Under the pieces are notes generated by a model. That model saw nothing but the letters and a program-made list of their open reading frames with translations. It searched no databases and was not told where the DNA came from. From positions 372,001 through 436,000 of the forward strand of contig MU057640.1 of the NCBI GenBank assembly GCA_013265495.1: a stretch of DNA of 64,000 nucleotides, written 5' to 3'. Shown in pieces: positions 10,252-23,330 of the stretch (its first letter is position 1; the number at the start of each line of letters is the position of its first letter). The translations under genes and the position numbers were made by a program. The stretch is from Vicugna vicugna. Lineage: Eukaryota.

Positions 10252-13200
10252 CAACAATCCCCCCCGCCCCCATCCTAAGATCAGGAGGCTTTTTTAAGGT
10301 GATTCAATATTAGGACACTTTTTGATAAAATCCGTATTTAAATAATGGAGAAAAACTATATGATCATATCAATAGATGCTATCAATGCACTTGATAAAAC
10401 TTATTTCATTCCTAATAAAACTCCAATAGTAATAGAGTATAACAACTTAAATATGCCAAAAGCTATTTACCAAAAGCTAACAGCAAATATTGTCCTTCAT
10501 GGTGAAATAGGAAAATAATTTCCATTAAAATCACTGTCATAATTTGACTGCCAAATTGGAAAACAAGAGAAAAGTTATCTTTTTCTCCCTGATGACATGA
10601 TTATGTACTTAGAAAAACTGAGAGACTCTAGTTAAAAAAACAAGTACCAGAATTAATAAGATAATTTGGCAGTGGGGATAGATTTTAAATAAATGTAAAG
10701 ATCAAGAACTTGTCTCTACTAAATGTGGAAATGGGAAAAAGTATTGGATTTACAATAACAACAAAAATAATAAAATACTTAGATATAAATCTAACAAGAC
10801 ACAGGATCTATATAAAGAAAACGACAAAGTATTAGTAGTAGTATAAAAACAGAAATGAAGATATGAATAAATACAAAGGCATATCATGTTCTTGGATATA
10901 AAGACAAAATTTAGAATGTCAGTTCTCCCCAAAATAATACATACATTTAATACATTCCACTTAGGGTGCTCATGGGGTTTTTCTTAATTAGATAAAGCAA
11001 TCTTAAACTTTATACAAAGGATAATTGAGATACCATGGGGTAAAATACAGTATCAGAGATCAGAACTTATTGGTATAGGAATTGCCGTTGGCATAGAAAT
11101 TACTAGACCAGAGGACCACAACTGAGAATCCAGGATTGGTACTCAGAAGAGGTTAAGGTTAATACATGATAAAGGAGGCGTTTGAATTCAGTAGATAGAG
11201 GATGAACTACTTTTTAAACGGTGTTGATTCAGCTGGTTATTCTGCCAGAAGAAAGTAAATTTGGACCCCTATCTTACTTCATATACACGAATAAATTCCA
11301 GATGGAAAAAAGATAAATGTAAAAAATAAAATAAATATTTTGTAAGATAATACAGGAGGCTAGAGGTATTTTCTAAGGATCAAGGAGATCTTTTTAGCCA
11401 AGACTGAAAGAAAGTTATAAAGAAAAGATAAACATATTGGACCAAAAAATTTCTTTACAAGTATATTATAAATGGTACCATAAACTAAGTTAATGGGCAA
11501 TTCATAATATCTGTAATGTAGATGACAGTTAAAGTCTTCATTTCTATAAAGTTAATGTTAACAGATTTCAGCTCTTATAAGTTGACAAGAAAAATAGTAA
11601 GTACCACAATTGAAAAATGAGCAACAGATATGAAGAGAAAATTCACAGAACAAGTCCAGATATCCTCTGCCATAAAAAAGATGCTTACTTTTCTTGGTGG
11701 TCAGGACAAGGCCATTGGCAGCACCTTCCTAGAAGCTAGAGAAGATCAGGTCCCTTCCTCTGCAGTGAACACAGCAGGGGTTCTTGGTTTTGCAAGCCGT
11801 TTGTGGGCTGGAATTCAGCCCCGTCAAACTGTGTGCAAGCTGCACAACGCATGCTGTGGTCCAGACTAAGACAAATGCAAATTAATAGTGAAATATTGCT
11901 TTATATCCATTAAATTGGCAAAAACTTGAGCTATGATACCTCTTGCCAGCAGGGATATGGGGGAAGTGTGCTCTTATACATTGGAGTTGTAAAGCGTTCC
12001 AGCCCTTTTGGAAGGCAATCTGGCAATATCTATAAAAATACGTATTCCCCTTGACCCCAGAATCCTACTCCTAGGAGTCTGTTCCATAAAAATAAAAGCG
12101 CTAATTTGTAAGGACATGTGTGAGAGAATGTTTATTGCAGCATTGTTTGTAGCTGCCAAGAACTGGAAACATGGTGAATGGCCATTAATCAGGGAATGGC
12201 TGAAAAATTAAAATATATTACTCCATAGAATATTACATGGTCATTAAATGGAATGAATTATAGCCTTGCCAGATGTCTGAGAGAGATTTCCATGAGATAC
12301 TGGTGAGTGAGAAAAGCAAGACGCAAAATGGGTGTAATATGATTCCATCATGGTAAAAAACAGACCCAAAAAAAGCCTCCTCACATGGGTGTCTACAAAT
12401 ATGTATGTGTGATTGTGTATGATAACAAAAGGAAATCTACATGGACACACTCTAGGTTGTTAATGTTGAACGAAGAGAGGAAAAGAGGGAAAAAGTTGCC
12501 TACAACAAAAACAGCAAGTATGATATAATCCCATTCATGTAAAATTGTGGGAATTTCTGTGCATAGGTGTGTATACACGTACATGTGTGTGTATGTAAAT
12601 GCACCAAAGGAAGTTCACCTCAGTGTTACTGGTTAGGATGGTGAGATTTCAGTGGACTTTTATTTTCACGATTGTTTCTTTGTGTATTGTTCCAATTCTT
12701 TATGATGGACATTTTGTATTATTTTTATATCCAGGAAGAAGATGAAGTTATTTTCATCTTGAAAAGAAAAATAACAACAAAAACCAAATAAACCCCAAAC
12801 TGGAAACACTAATATGACCCAGTAACACACACATTCTTATTTATAGTTGGCTGGAGGGGACTCAGCTCGAAAAGGTGGTGGAAAAGAATGGACAAAGTGA
12901 AGGTCTATTGCTCTGAAGCATTACCTCCATCGCAAATTATGGGGCAGTTGGGAAAATGTTTTGAGTCAGTCGCGTGTGTATTTGTTACAGCACCTCTTTT
13001 TGATGGTTTCACTGTGTCAGCAGAATTATTTGCTGCTTTTGGTAAACTTGTAGAAACTTTCAGTAGAAATTTGAAATTTTGGTACTAGTTTTTTCTTTAT
13101 GGGAGAACACAGAGGGGTGGAAGATCACGAGAGGGGAAAGGACAGTATAAGGAAGAGGTTGGGAGGCCTCTCCAGCAGCTGGGGTCACTGGCTCAGTGTG

Positions 13201-15963
13201 ACCTGCTGCTTTGAAGGTGTACAGTCTTACTCATTTGAGAAAGAGGTTTCCTCCCTGCTTTTAAGATGGCTAATGAAAATAGCATTATGTGATGTTACAG
13301 ACTGACATTGCAGATTTTAGATTTGAGAATGAAATTCATTTTTATGTTTTGGACTTAATAGAAGAGGTATTTGGACTGGGGTTTAGAGATTGGGAAACTT
13401 GTCCTAGTTTTAGGTCGATACTGGTAGTTAGACTGAGTTTAGTTTTACTCAGTTATCCTTTTACAAACTGAGAAAAACAAGGGAAATCTTTCCTGCTCAT
13501 AACATGAGCATCCTGAGCATATGTCCAGAGTTGTTGAGAGATTTAAATGGGCTCATATGGATAAGTGCTTTAGAACAGTGCCTGCAGTAGGGAAACAGGA
13601 CCTAAGTTTTGCTCTTATTACTATTATTATTATCAGCCTTTTTTCATAGATTGGACTTGACTGTGTGCATGCATGATGCACGCATTTTTTTTTTGGAAAT
13701 GGCCAATAATGTAAAGTATTGATTTAGTTTAAGATTTTGAGATCCTGTGTGAATTGCTTTGTGTATTATAATTCATCCAACACCCTGAACTTGAGGGCAC
13801 TAAATTATATCTGGTGGCAAAATTCAATCAGTGGTTACTTATAGTCATCTCATAATGAGACTTAGGGATTTAATATTAAAAACACTTTTGATTTCCTTAA
13901 ATAAATGTGGTTTTCAGTAAATCAGGTGTTATTGATGCTCTGTTTGGGATATGACACATAGAAAGTATAGTTCTGTGGGATATCTAGCAGTTTTTGTCAA
14001 GGGCGTCTTTTTCTAATAATTAAAAAAGGAGCATTTTCCAATATCATGCAATGAAGGATGAGTTAAGGAGTTTTGCTCTTGGGTTTGGTGTTTTGTTTCA
14101 TTCCCTTTGTCCCATCACCTATATGACCTCTGTAGACCTGAGAGCAGTCTTAGAATGCCATTACTAACACTTTGTACCTCTTTCACCTTCCCTCGAGTTT
14201 CTGGATAAGCTATTTTGACCCACCCACTGGGAGATCACCCCTGGTGTTGGAAGGTCAGGAGCCCTGAAAAGAAGGCAGGAGATGAGAAGGCCTCATTCTT
14301 CCTGCATTAGCTGTGAACCAGCAAAAGAAACCCCCTGCAGGGCTTCCAGATTTTAAAAGCACCCTGGTGCTTAATGACAATTGTGTGAGTGCAGAGCAAA
14401 TGCAGGGGAACTCTGCCCCTCTCCAACCTCATTCCTCATCCCATTTCTATTAAAATAGAAACCAGTCAAATGTGCTGACCAGCGGTAGCCTGAATTTTTA
14501 CTCTCTGTGCTCACCTGCCTGCCTCACTTTTGGAAATGATGAGTAAGTTCCAGCTTGTTTTTGGCATCTTTCTTAAAGTGCTTTGCCTGGGGGACAGATT
14601 TGTATCCCTCTCCCAGGGTTACAAATCTGTGCCCTTGATGCATTTCAGACATCTGGTTTCCCTTTATTCTCTTGGTCCTGGAAAGAAGATTGGGAACAAT
14701 CGTTTGAGTTCTCAGTCTGTGCTCTGGGCACCTCTCTCCAGAGTGTCTGAGGCATAAATCTGTCTATGACTTCTAGGCCAAATGAATAGTCATCGGAAGT
14801 ATCAACCATCAGGAGGCATGGCCTGTGGGACTTTTCCAAAAGGCAGGGCAGGGCATCTCAGGCCATTCTGCTGGATGTTCAATTTCAGGTCATTGACCAT
14901 TTAGGGGACATAAATACAGGGCTGTAGATACAACTTGGCATTCTCATAGTAAGAAGTGGAAGGCGTAGATTTCATAAGTGAAGAAAGTAACATGGTGCAA
15001 GTCATATGTTCACATTGACGTTGTATAGGGAAGGTCTCTAAGTTGTCGAAGTAGGGAGAATGCAGGTTCCCATGCATTGCTGGCTATCCCAGCAATCCAG
15101 GCATTCTGATCAAAGTGGATCATTACATGCTGGGACTATTTTTTTCCTCCTTAAGGAAAAATCTTGCAATTCTTTTGGGCCAAACTGGAATAGCCAGGGA
15201 ATACATGCTCCATATATCATCAAATCCACTGAATGTAAGTTTCTGGCAACAAAAGAAACTGGACTGGTAAACAATTTGAGGTTAAGTCTGTGTGGTTAAT
15301 TTTTTCTTTCCCTCTCAGTGGATAATAGATCTGATGCCAAAATAGCTTTGGCTATGGAACTGGGCATTTTTTCCCTACCTGACTCAGCATGGGTGATAAA
15401 TAAATCAACTGTTTTACTGCTCTAACAGTATGTGGGATCATGGGTAATCTTTTCTCAGAGGCAAGCCATGTCCCCACTTCCCCCAGCTTTGCAGATGCAT
15501 TCATCAAAGCTCAGAGAGGAAAGGGTGACTTGCTTTTATATCATGCACATTTGGTTGACCCAGTGGAGAAGTTCCTTAATTTCAAACAGGTGACCCTGCC
15601 GTGGTTCTTACTCAACTGCATCACTCAAAAAGTATCCTAAAATTGGAACAATCAAGTTTTCCTTTGCTATATTGTTTGACAGGTGGCGTATTCATTGCAT
15701 GTCAATGATGTGGCATTAATTCATGACTGTTTGCCATGGACTTAATGACATTAAATCATTCAAGAAACATCTAGTGAATACCTACAGTCTTGCAGAACTT
15801 CGTGACAAAAGGACTCCGTTGTATCGTCTTGATGCTTTTTCAACCTTTTTCTGCCTTGGAGGTATCCATGTAAACATTGCTGGGTTTGGCAGTTTCTTCC
15901 AGGGCAGAGAACCCAGCAGCATTTCCCAACTTTGCTGCTTTAAAGTTTGTCTTCCCCACCAAC

Positions 15964-15981
15964 TGACACTAGAGGGCGCTC
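15964..15981 (+). promoter_or_regulatory. Candidate CTCF site
   Basis: TGACACTAGAGGGCGCTC, 13/14 match to the core CCACTAGAGGGCGC. Confidence 0.55.
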
Positions 15982-16544
15982 AATTGCCAGTAACAGATTT
16001 GGGTGCTTGATGCATTATTTCAAGACTTTGGTTTTATTCTTTTCAGTGAGGAAAGGTTGCGCAACTCCATCTTCCTCAAAAGAGGAGGCACTCTAACGTG
16101 GGCTAGATGTTGGTTTCCATTATGGCTTTCTCCCTAAAAATCCAGGCTTTTGAAATATCCCTGTTAACAGTGAGTAACTTGCTAGTATGCACATCCCGTA
16201 TGTTATATTTAATCACATCCTATTGTCATCTACTGCATCCACATCCAATTCCATGATATACCAAAAGGAAATTCTTGAAGGGACTGACTCCTTTATAAAC
16301 TCAAAGAATTTACCGGCAGACCAGTTTGGCTCCCATTTTGCTTTCTGTTACATCTAATGCCATTTTCCCTTGAGCCTCCCATTTTTGGCCCCGGATTATT
16401 TGGCTTCAGCTGATTTAGTGGACCATATTCTGTTTACTTCTTTTTACCTCTGACTGCCCCTAACTCCACCATCCCTTATCTTCTGTCCTTTCCCTTCTTT
16501 GTACCTCTAAGCACTAACCAGTACTCAATTTTTCACTGCTTTCT

Positions 16545-16760
16545 AAGGAGTATTTCTCAAGTGCCTACTATGTGTCAGTTGCTTTTCTTTATGTCACTTA
16601 CACTATTACATGCATTCCTTCCAGCAACTTTTAGGAGTTGGTATCAATATTCCCATTTTACAGATGAATAAACTGAGGTTCAAGATTAAATCACAGAGCA
16701 GAGGTTGTGAACCTTGTATGTAATTGAGCCAGGATTTAGTTCTGAGGTTTTCTGATTATG
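16545..16760 (-). mobile_element. MIR SINE
   Basis: CCCATTTTACAGATGAATAAACTGAGG core. Confidence 0.75.
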
Positions 16761-17409
16761 TTTTTTTCTGTACCTCCCTCCTTACTCAGACTTGCATACT
16801 CTTTAGAACTGTCATCAGTGTTTCCAATCATATCATTCCTTGTCATGTTCCTTGATTTTACTGTATGCACGTTTAGCCAAAATTCACAACTTGCGATAAA
16901 CATTAGTTAAAGACATTATAAAATGAAAATGGACCTCAATTCTGATGAAATCGGCCCTCCTACCCCCATTATAACTAAGGATTAAACAGAAATCAAAGTT
17001 GGGGTAGGAGTAGCTTTGGTCATTAAGTAAAATAGATTCTTGGTTTAGCGCCCCTACTTTATGAGATTTCAGTTTAAGAAGCATCCCAGGGTGGCTAACA
17101 TGTAAAATTACAATACTTATGCTTGAGTTCATGGAAAGACTTACCAGAAATCCAAAGACCTTCAGAGTCTCTGTTAATGAGCTCATTTGTTTGGTCATGT
17201 TATAGCTTCAATATTTCAAGCTTTTCATGGCAAGGAATTTCTCTCTGTTACTTGGTATGAAGCAGGAGGCTAACATGAATATAGAATTATGAAGTTGAAA
17301 GTTGAATTCCCTCCAGTAGTCTACAGCTTCTGTCTAATGCAGCTCTAAAGGAGTAAATGGCCATAGAAATGTCTGGGTTAGTAGACTTCTGACATTTATT
17401 ATGAGTACA

Positions 17410-18130
17410 GATTGATAAAACACTTTGTTGCGATATAAATTCACATATCATACAATTCACCCATTTAAAATGTACAATTGAATGGGTTTTATTATATTCA
17501 CAGATATGTGCAACCATCACCATGGTCAACTTTAGAACATTGTCATCACCTCAAGAAGAAATCCTGTATCCTTTAGCCATCACCCTCCTGTTTCCCTACG
17601 TCTGCCCTCTCCAGCCCTGAGTAACCACTAATACAGTTTCAGTCTCTGTGGGTTTCCCTATTGTGAACTTTCCTATGAATGGAATCATATAGTCTTTTGT
17701 GACTGACTTAGCATAATGTTTTCAAGATTCATTGATGTTGTTGCATGTATCAGTACTTCATTCTTATTTATGGCTAAATAATATTCTGTTGTGTGGATAT
17801 ACCACCTTTGGTTTATCCATTCATCTGCTGATGGACATTTGAGTGTTTCCACGTTTTGGCTATTATGAATAATGCTGCTGCGAACATTCACATACAAGTT
17901 TCTGTGTGGACATAAGTTTTCACTTCTCTTAGATCTATACCCAGGAGTGGAATTGCTGGGTCACATAGTAATCTGTTTAATTGTGTGCAGAACTGCCAGA
18001 CCATTTTCCAAAGCAGCTGGACTATTTTTCAATCCCACCAGCAGTATATGAGGATTCTGATTTCTCCATATCCTTGTCAACACTTGTGATTTGACTTTGA
18101 TTCCAGCCAACCTAGTGGGTGTGAAGTAGA
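17410..18130 (-). mobile_element. L1MB-type 3' end
   Basis: ATTCACATATCATACAATTCACCCATTTAAAATGTACA...CCCAGGAGTGGAATTGCTGGGTC; ORF 17685-17897 translates to L1 ORF2 C-terminal-like sequence. Confidence 0.85.
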
Positions 18131-18620
18131 GATTTTTCAGTAGGATGGGATTTATATCTCTAGATACAGTTATTTATGCTTTTCTTTATTCTTTCAACCA
18201 CCAATTATTAACAGTCTGCTAGGCCTAGGGCCAGGCTCTGGAGATTTAAATGTGCCATCCCTGCCCTCCACGTTTTGTGGGGTAGGGAGACATAAAACGA
18301 GACACACTAAAACATAAGGTATATTTTAATATACCTATGGCTAAAACTGCGAAAGCCAAAAGTAGCAAGTGACTAATTGGAGATCCATTTAATCCACATA
18401 GGTTCACATCCAAGCTATGAAATGGGTACAATTAAAATATTTAATATTAGCTTTATAAAAAGCCTTTTTAGAAACATGATGGTTTTCAGAGTCATTATGA
18501 GCCAGCCCCTTGTGTTTAGAAAATAGCCTTGGAATTGTCAATAGAATTGTCAGTGAGTTCTACCTATTACAAAATGGCAATTATACCAAATTTCGTCTGT
18601 TGTGCAGGAATAACATAAGT

Positions 18621-18696
18621 TGAGAACAGAGAACGTATGGTGACTCTGGGAATCCAGGTGAGAACAGAGAATGTGTGGTGACTCTGGGAATCCAGG
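18621..18696. repeat. 38-bp tandem duplication (2 copies, 2 mismatches)
   Basis: TGAGAACAGAGAA(C/T)GT(A/G)TGGTGACTCTGGGAATCCAGG x2. Confidence 0.95.
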
Positions 18697-19902
18697 TACC
18701 AAAATAAATTGTTTTCTTGTCTGGACCTCGCTAATCCCATTTCATTGGATTTTTGCTCCTCTTTACCAGAACCAGTTGCTTCCATTTTCCTCCTCTTCTA
18801 GCAGTTCTGCCTCACTCATTCTCCATCGTTATTTTCTTTGGGGTTCTGCACCCTCTGGGAGGAGCTGTCCCCAGGCTGGCTGCCCCCGTTGGCTTAGATG
18901 CATTTCAAATGCATTGGGTCCTCTGTGGACTTCAGGAGCATTTTCTCACCTCCTTCATTTTCCTCCTGAGTAGAATAAACATGGAGTTGAGGTCCTTTTG
19001 CAGCTATGCGGGCCAGAGTCCATCGCCTAGAGCGTCAGATTAGAAAACATCTGCAATTCAGCATGTGTCTGTCCCCTTCTTTGCCAGAGTGTGGGGCATT
19101 TTAGGTCCTAGGGCTTCTGTCCGTCTCTCCTGCTTGGGAACACCTTTTTTTATATGGTGGTGTAAATATCTGCAGAATAACCAGACTTAGCGTGCTCTGC
19201 TGTGCTTGGCTCTTCCACTTCTCCTGGATGAATCCTGCCTAGTGACAGAGTGGACGCTTGAGGTCATGTAAATGGTGTGAGTGAGGGAAACAGGTGCCTC
19301 AAGTGTCACCACACTTAAAGCAATACCCTGCAGAAAGCCCTCTTTGGGGGCCCTTGAGGCAGCCACTTTCGCAGATGAAAAGAAGGGTCTTTACCCAGGG
19401 AATGGCTGAGGGGGTGAATTTATTTCTTTACCTGTTGAGACAGTCTGAAGGGAATTTGGTTCATTTATGTCTTGGTCCAACATGGTTCTAGTCGCTCCCC
19501 ATGGTGGTAATGGGGGGAGGTCCCCCTTCCCCCAGCCCTGCCCACTTCATTCTGTTCTTCTCGGCAGGAGCTGCCAGGACTACAGATAAGGTATCCATGT
19601 GCATGGGCCGAGGGAGGACTTGGAAAATTTGGACTTGGCAGGTAGAGAAAGGAGTTAGGGATTAAAAAAAAACAGAAAACAATAGATAGGGCGAGAGCTA
19701 TATAACCAGTGGCTCTATCAGGAAGAAGAACCGAGCCCACTTGTGAGTGTCTGCATTAGTGAGGGGGAAAAGGGGCCGGGGCTAGTCCTCAGAGTAGACT
19801 GATTACTCCGTGTGATTTGAGTGGAGAAAGCTCCTGTATAAAAATATCCCATCCGCTGCCTTTCCTGGTGCCTGAGATTCTAATCAACCCACTGCTTCTG
19901 CA

Positions 19903-19924
19903 TGTGTGTGTGTGTGTGTGTGTA
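19903..19924. repeat. (TG)n microsatellite
   Basis: Directly visible in the sequence. Confidence 0.9.
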
Positions 19925-20569
19925 CTATATATCTCATGAAGTCTTGATCCCTTCCTTGTGAAGGTTTTGGGGTGTCCTAGAATCCTCTCTTAAGATGCAG
20001 CTACCCAGGAGGGAGATTCCTTTAAGCTGACTCAGAGCATGCCCTGAGGGGAAGGGTGGAGATTAGTCCGAACGGACTTGGAAGAGGCCCTTGATGGAAG
20101 GCAGAGTCCACTGAGAAAGGAAAAGCCAGAGGAAGGGAGTTTAAGAGAATCCCAGCCTATTCACAGTTTCCCCAGGGAAGAGATTTATAGTAACATTAGG
20201 AGGGAGATTGTGGGGTAAGGGATTAAGATGTCTAGTAAGGCAAACCCCGTCTCCCACAGTAGAAAGTGCTAGGGCTTCATTGGTCTCCAGTCTTCAGGCC
20301 TTGGCCTTGACTTTGTGTTTCTGTAGTCAAGTGGAGCTGGCTGTTGGCATTTGAAGGAGCCAGAAACCTGGCATCGTCCTGGGCCCCCCTCACGTCTCCC
20401 TCAAGTCCACAACAAGCCGGACACCAAGTCTTGCAGGTTCTACCCTCTCTCTTAGGAGGGATCACTGATCCTGTCCCTTATCTTTACCCCAGTGCCACAG
20501 CTTCCAGCACGTTCCCAGGCCGCCAGCTCAGCCTCTTTCCAACCCCCAGTCATATTCCTGCTGAAATAA

Positions 20570-21565
20570 ATGAGCTTTCTAAAAAGGCAACTGCTTCATT
20601 TTCACCCCTAGCTTAAAATCTTTCAATGTTACCTGATTGCCTTCCAGATAAAACTACCTTCCTACTAAGGGATCCCCTGAAATCATGATGCCCCCTCTCA
20701 CCTCCCCGAAAGCTTTTATATGTGCTGCCACCTCTGCAGGGACATCTTTCCTCCTACAGGTCATTTTTGGACTCAGCTTGGGGATCACCTCTTCTAAGAG
20801 GACAACTCATTTTAGACTTTTCGTCTAGTTGATGCCCCATCCAACCTCACAGTGGCCCCTGTTCTTCCATCTCATGGCATCATCCCTGCCTTCTCCCCAT
20901 CCCCACCCTGAACCCACCTTTCAAATATAAGTCTTTTATAGGTGGGAACTGTCTCAGGTGTTGCTGTATTCCAAGGCCCAGCAGAAAGGAGGCATGGTGG
21001 CACAGAGTAGGGAATCTATAAATATTTGCTGAATGAATTAGCTGTTTTTACATTATGTTTTGGGTCTGAAAGTTTTTTTTACCCCTTGACTCATTTCCGA
21101 AATCTACCCAACCAAGGCCCAAATTAAATGTGACCTCCTCCATGAAGCCTTTCCGTCCTCCAGCATTAAAGGGACTTGTTCTGTCCACTGAGGTTCTTTG
21201 GCATATATCACTTCTCCCTTGTTTTACACCAGTTTGGGAACATTTTGATACCATGAAACCTTGAAAACCCAAAGCAGTGAATGCACTCAATAAACACCCA
21301 AAGATGCATCCATCGGGATTATGGGCACCATGCCAGGAAAGGCAAGAGCGGCTGGGCAGGCCACTTTCCCTTTTAAGTCACATCAAGTAATTACTCTGCT
21401 TGCTTGTAGGGTTGGGCCTACTATTTTTATTCTCTCTCCAGATGGATGGGAATTGCTTTTTGAGAGTTGTTTCCATGTCTGATTTATTTTTATTTCACCA
21501 CCTGTGCCTAGCACAATGCCTCCCTCATAGAAAGCCTCCGATGGATGAGTGAATGAATGAACTGA
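20570..21565 (+). mobile_element. Cluster of decayed L2 fragments
   Basis: AAAATCTTTCAATG..., ATAAATATTTGCTGAATGAAT, ACCTCCTCCATGAAGCCTTTCC and TGAGTGAATGAATGAA ends. Confidence 0.55.
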
Positions 21566-22404
21566 GTAGCGGTAGCAGCGTCCATTGGTTTGGATTTGAC
21601 TCTTCTCTGAAGTAAGAGGTTTCAGAGGTCTGGCCCTAGGAGCATCTCTTATATCTAGACTTCAATTTTTTTACCTGTGCTTTGAGATTTTGTGACTAGA
21701 TTAAGAACCCCTCCACCTACAATCCCAAGAAGAGAGAAAACCAGATGGCAGTTTTGATGCCCCCTCTTCAGCTCAGTGCCTAGAACATAGCAGAGCTGGT
21801 TCTGGGTCTCAGGGAACCAGCATGGCCAACCAGCTGCCAAGGCCATGACTGATTGTTCTATGGGTGAATGGAGGGATTAAGGGTGAGCTTGTTCTTGTGT
21901 TTTGAATACTCACAGGACGTCAAACTCCTTCAGCTCCCAGAGCCTGCTGGGAACTGCCTTTATTTTGGATGGCCTTTGTGGCACACTTCCTCTTTCAGAT
22001 GAACTCTTTGGCTCTTTGTGAGTCCTTCGTCTCCTTGTCTTACTTCTCTCTCTTATTTCTACGTGTCTTAAAGACGTCAGCTGAAAAGGCCGACACTTGT
22101 TACAGAAATGCCATTCTTCCCTGCTTTTGGATGAGCATCTCCTCACAGCTTGGATTCATTTTCTGCTGAAACAGTCTTCAAACTTCGTAAGAGAAAACAG
22201 ATTTGGGTCCCTCTAGTGGTTCAGGTACTTGGATCCTCTTTTTGCACCACGACTGTTCCTTTGGATGGGTGGCGTGGAACACATACTTAAGCTGGACCAG
22301 GAAATTTTGCTAACTGATGTCAAAGCTGAATTTTGGGAATGCTAGACAAGATGGATTAACATGATTGAGAGAGGCCTTATCCTTCTTTCCCTGGTCACAT
22401 ACAC

Positions 22405-22718
22405 TGTCTAGAGTAATACCGTACAATAGAAATACTACAGGAGTATTTTAAAATTTCTTAGTAGCCACATTAAAAAAATTAAAAAGAAAGAGGTAAAATT
22501 AGTTTTAATAACATTTTTAATTTAACCCAGTAAATCCAAAATAATGTCATTTTAATATGTAATCAATATGAAAATGATTAATGAGATCTTTTACATTCTG
22601 TTTTGGTCCTAAGACTGGTGTGTATTGACACAGTACATCTCAATTCAAACTAGTCATATTTCAAATGCTTAGGAGCCATGTGTGACTCATGGCTCCCATA
22701 TGGGGCAGCACAACTCTG
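22405..22718. mobile_element. hAT-Charlie MER33-like non-autonomous DNA transposon
   Basis: TAGTAGCCACATTAAAAA...ACATCTCAATTCAAACTAGTCATATTTCAAATGCTT...GGCAGCACA; a similar 3' piece lies at about 7700-7857 within the COX20 UTR. Confidence 0.7.
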
Positions 22719-23104
22719 GACTCTCCAGGTGGGATGGGGAAGTGGTTATTCTAGGCCTCCTCTGTCCTCCAGATTAAACTACCTAACCAACTAAATCAAG
22801 ATGAAAGAGATGGGGAGGGATGGAGTGTATTCAGATATATGAATATCTATAGAGCCTTAGAGATTGTATTTTTAAAGTGTTTTGATATAGTCAGTAAGAG
22901 GACATTTTTTGGGTTTAAGTAATTATATGACTCCTAACTGAACCAGTCCTATTTATTATTTTGTTCTCATGAAAGTTGTTCTTTGCTTATTTTTCTTGGA
23001 TTAGTTTAAAATCTAAACTGGATAGACAGTTTCACTTTATGATGTGTCCTTTTATTCAGATATCCTACATTCCTTATGCCAATAGGAAATAGTTAAATAC
23101 CTAT

Positions 23105-23330
23105 ATAAAAAATAATAATTAGCATATATTGCTATGTGCCAGATACTTGACTTGTGTTACCTCACTCAATCCTGGAAGTAGGTTCTATTATTACTGCCAT
23201 TTATCAGATGAGGAAACTGAGACATTCAAGTTGCTAAGTAAACTTGCCCAAGATAACCCAGCTGGCAAATGGTGACCTCAGGCAGGTAGACTTCAGAGCT
23301 CAAACTTCGAAACACAATGTACAGCACTTC
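23105..23330 (-). mobile_element. MIR SINE
   Basis: CAGATGAGGAAACTGAGAC...AAGTAAACTTGCCCAAG. Confidence 0.8.

Larger units (their letters stand above)
6810..12780 (+). mobile_element. Highly decayed L1ME-type element (ORF1/ORF2 remnants and 3'UTR), fragmented by later insertions
   Basis: A-rich strand bias and recognisable L1 ORF2 motifs (GATGCAGCTAAAGCA, ATATGATCATATCAATAGATGC, GAAGGCAATCTGGCAATATC, AATGTTTATTGCAGCATTGTTT). Confidence 0.75.
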
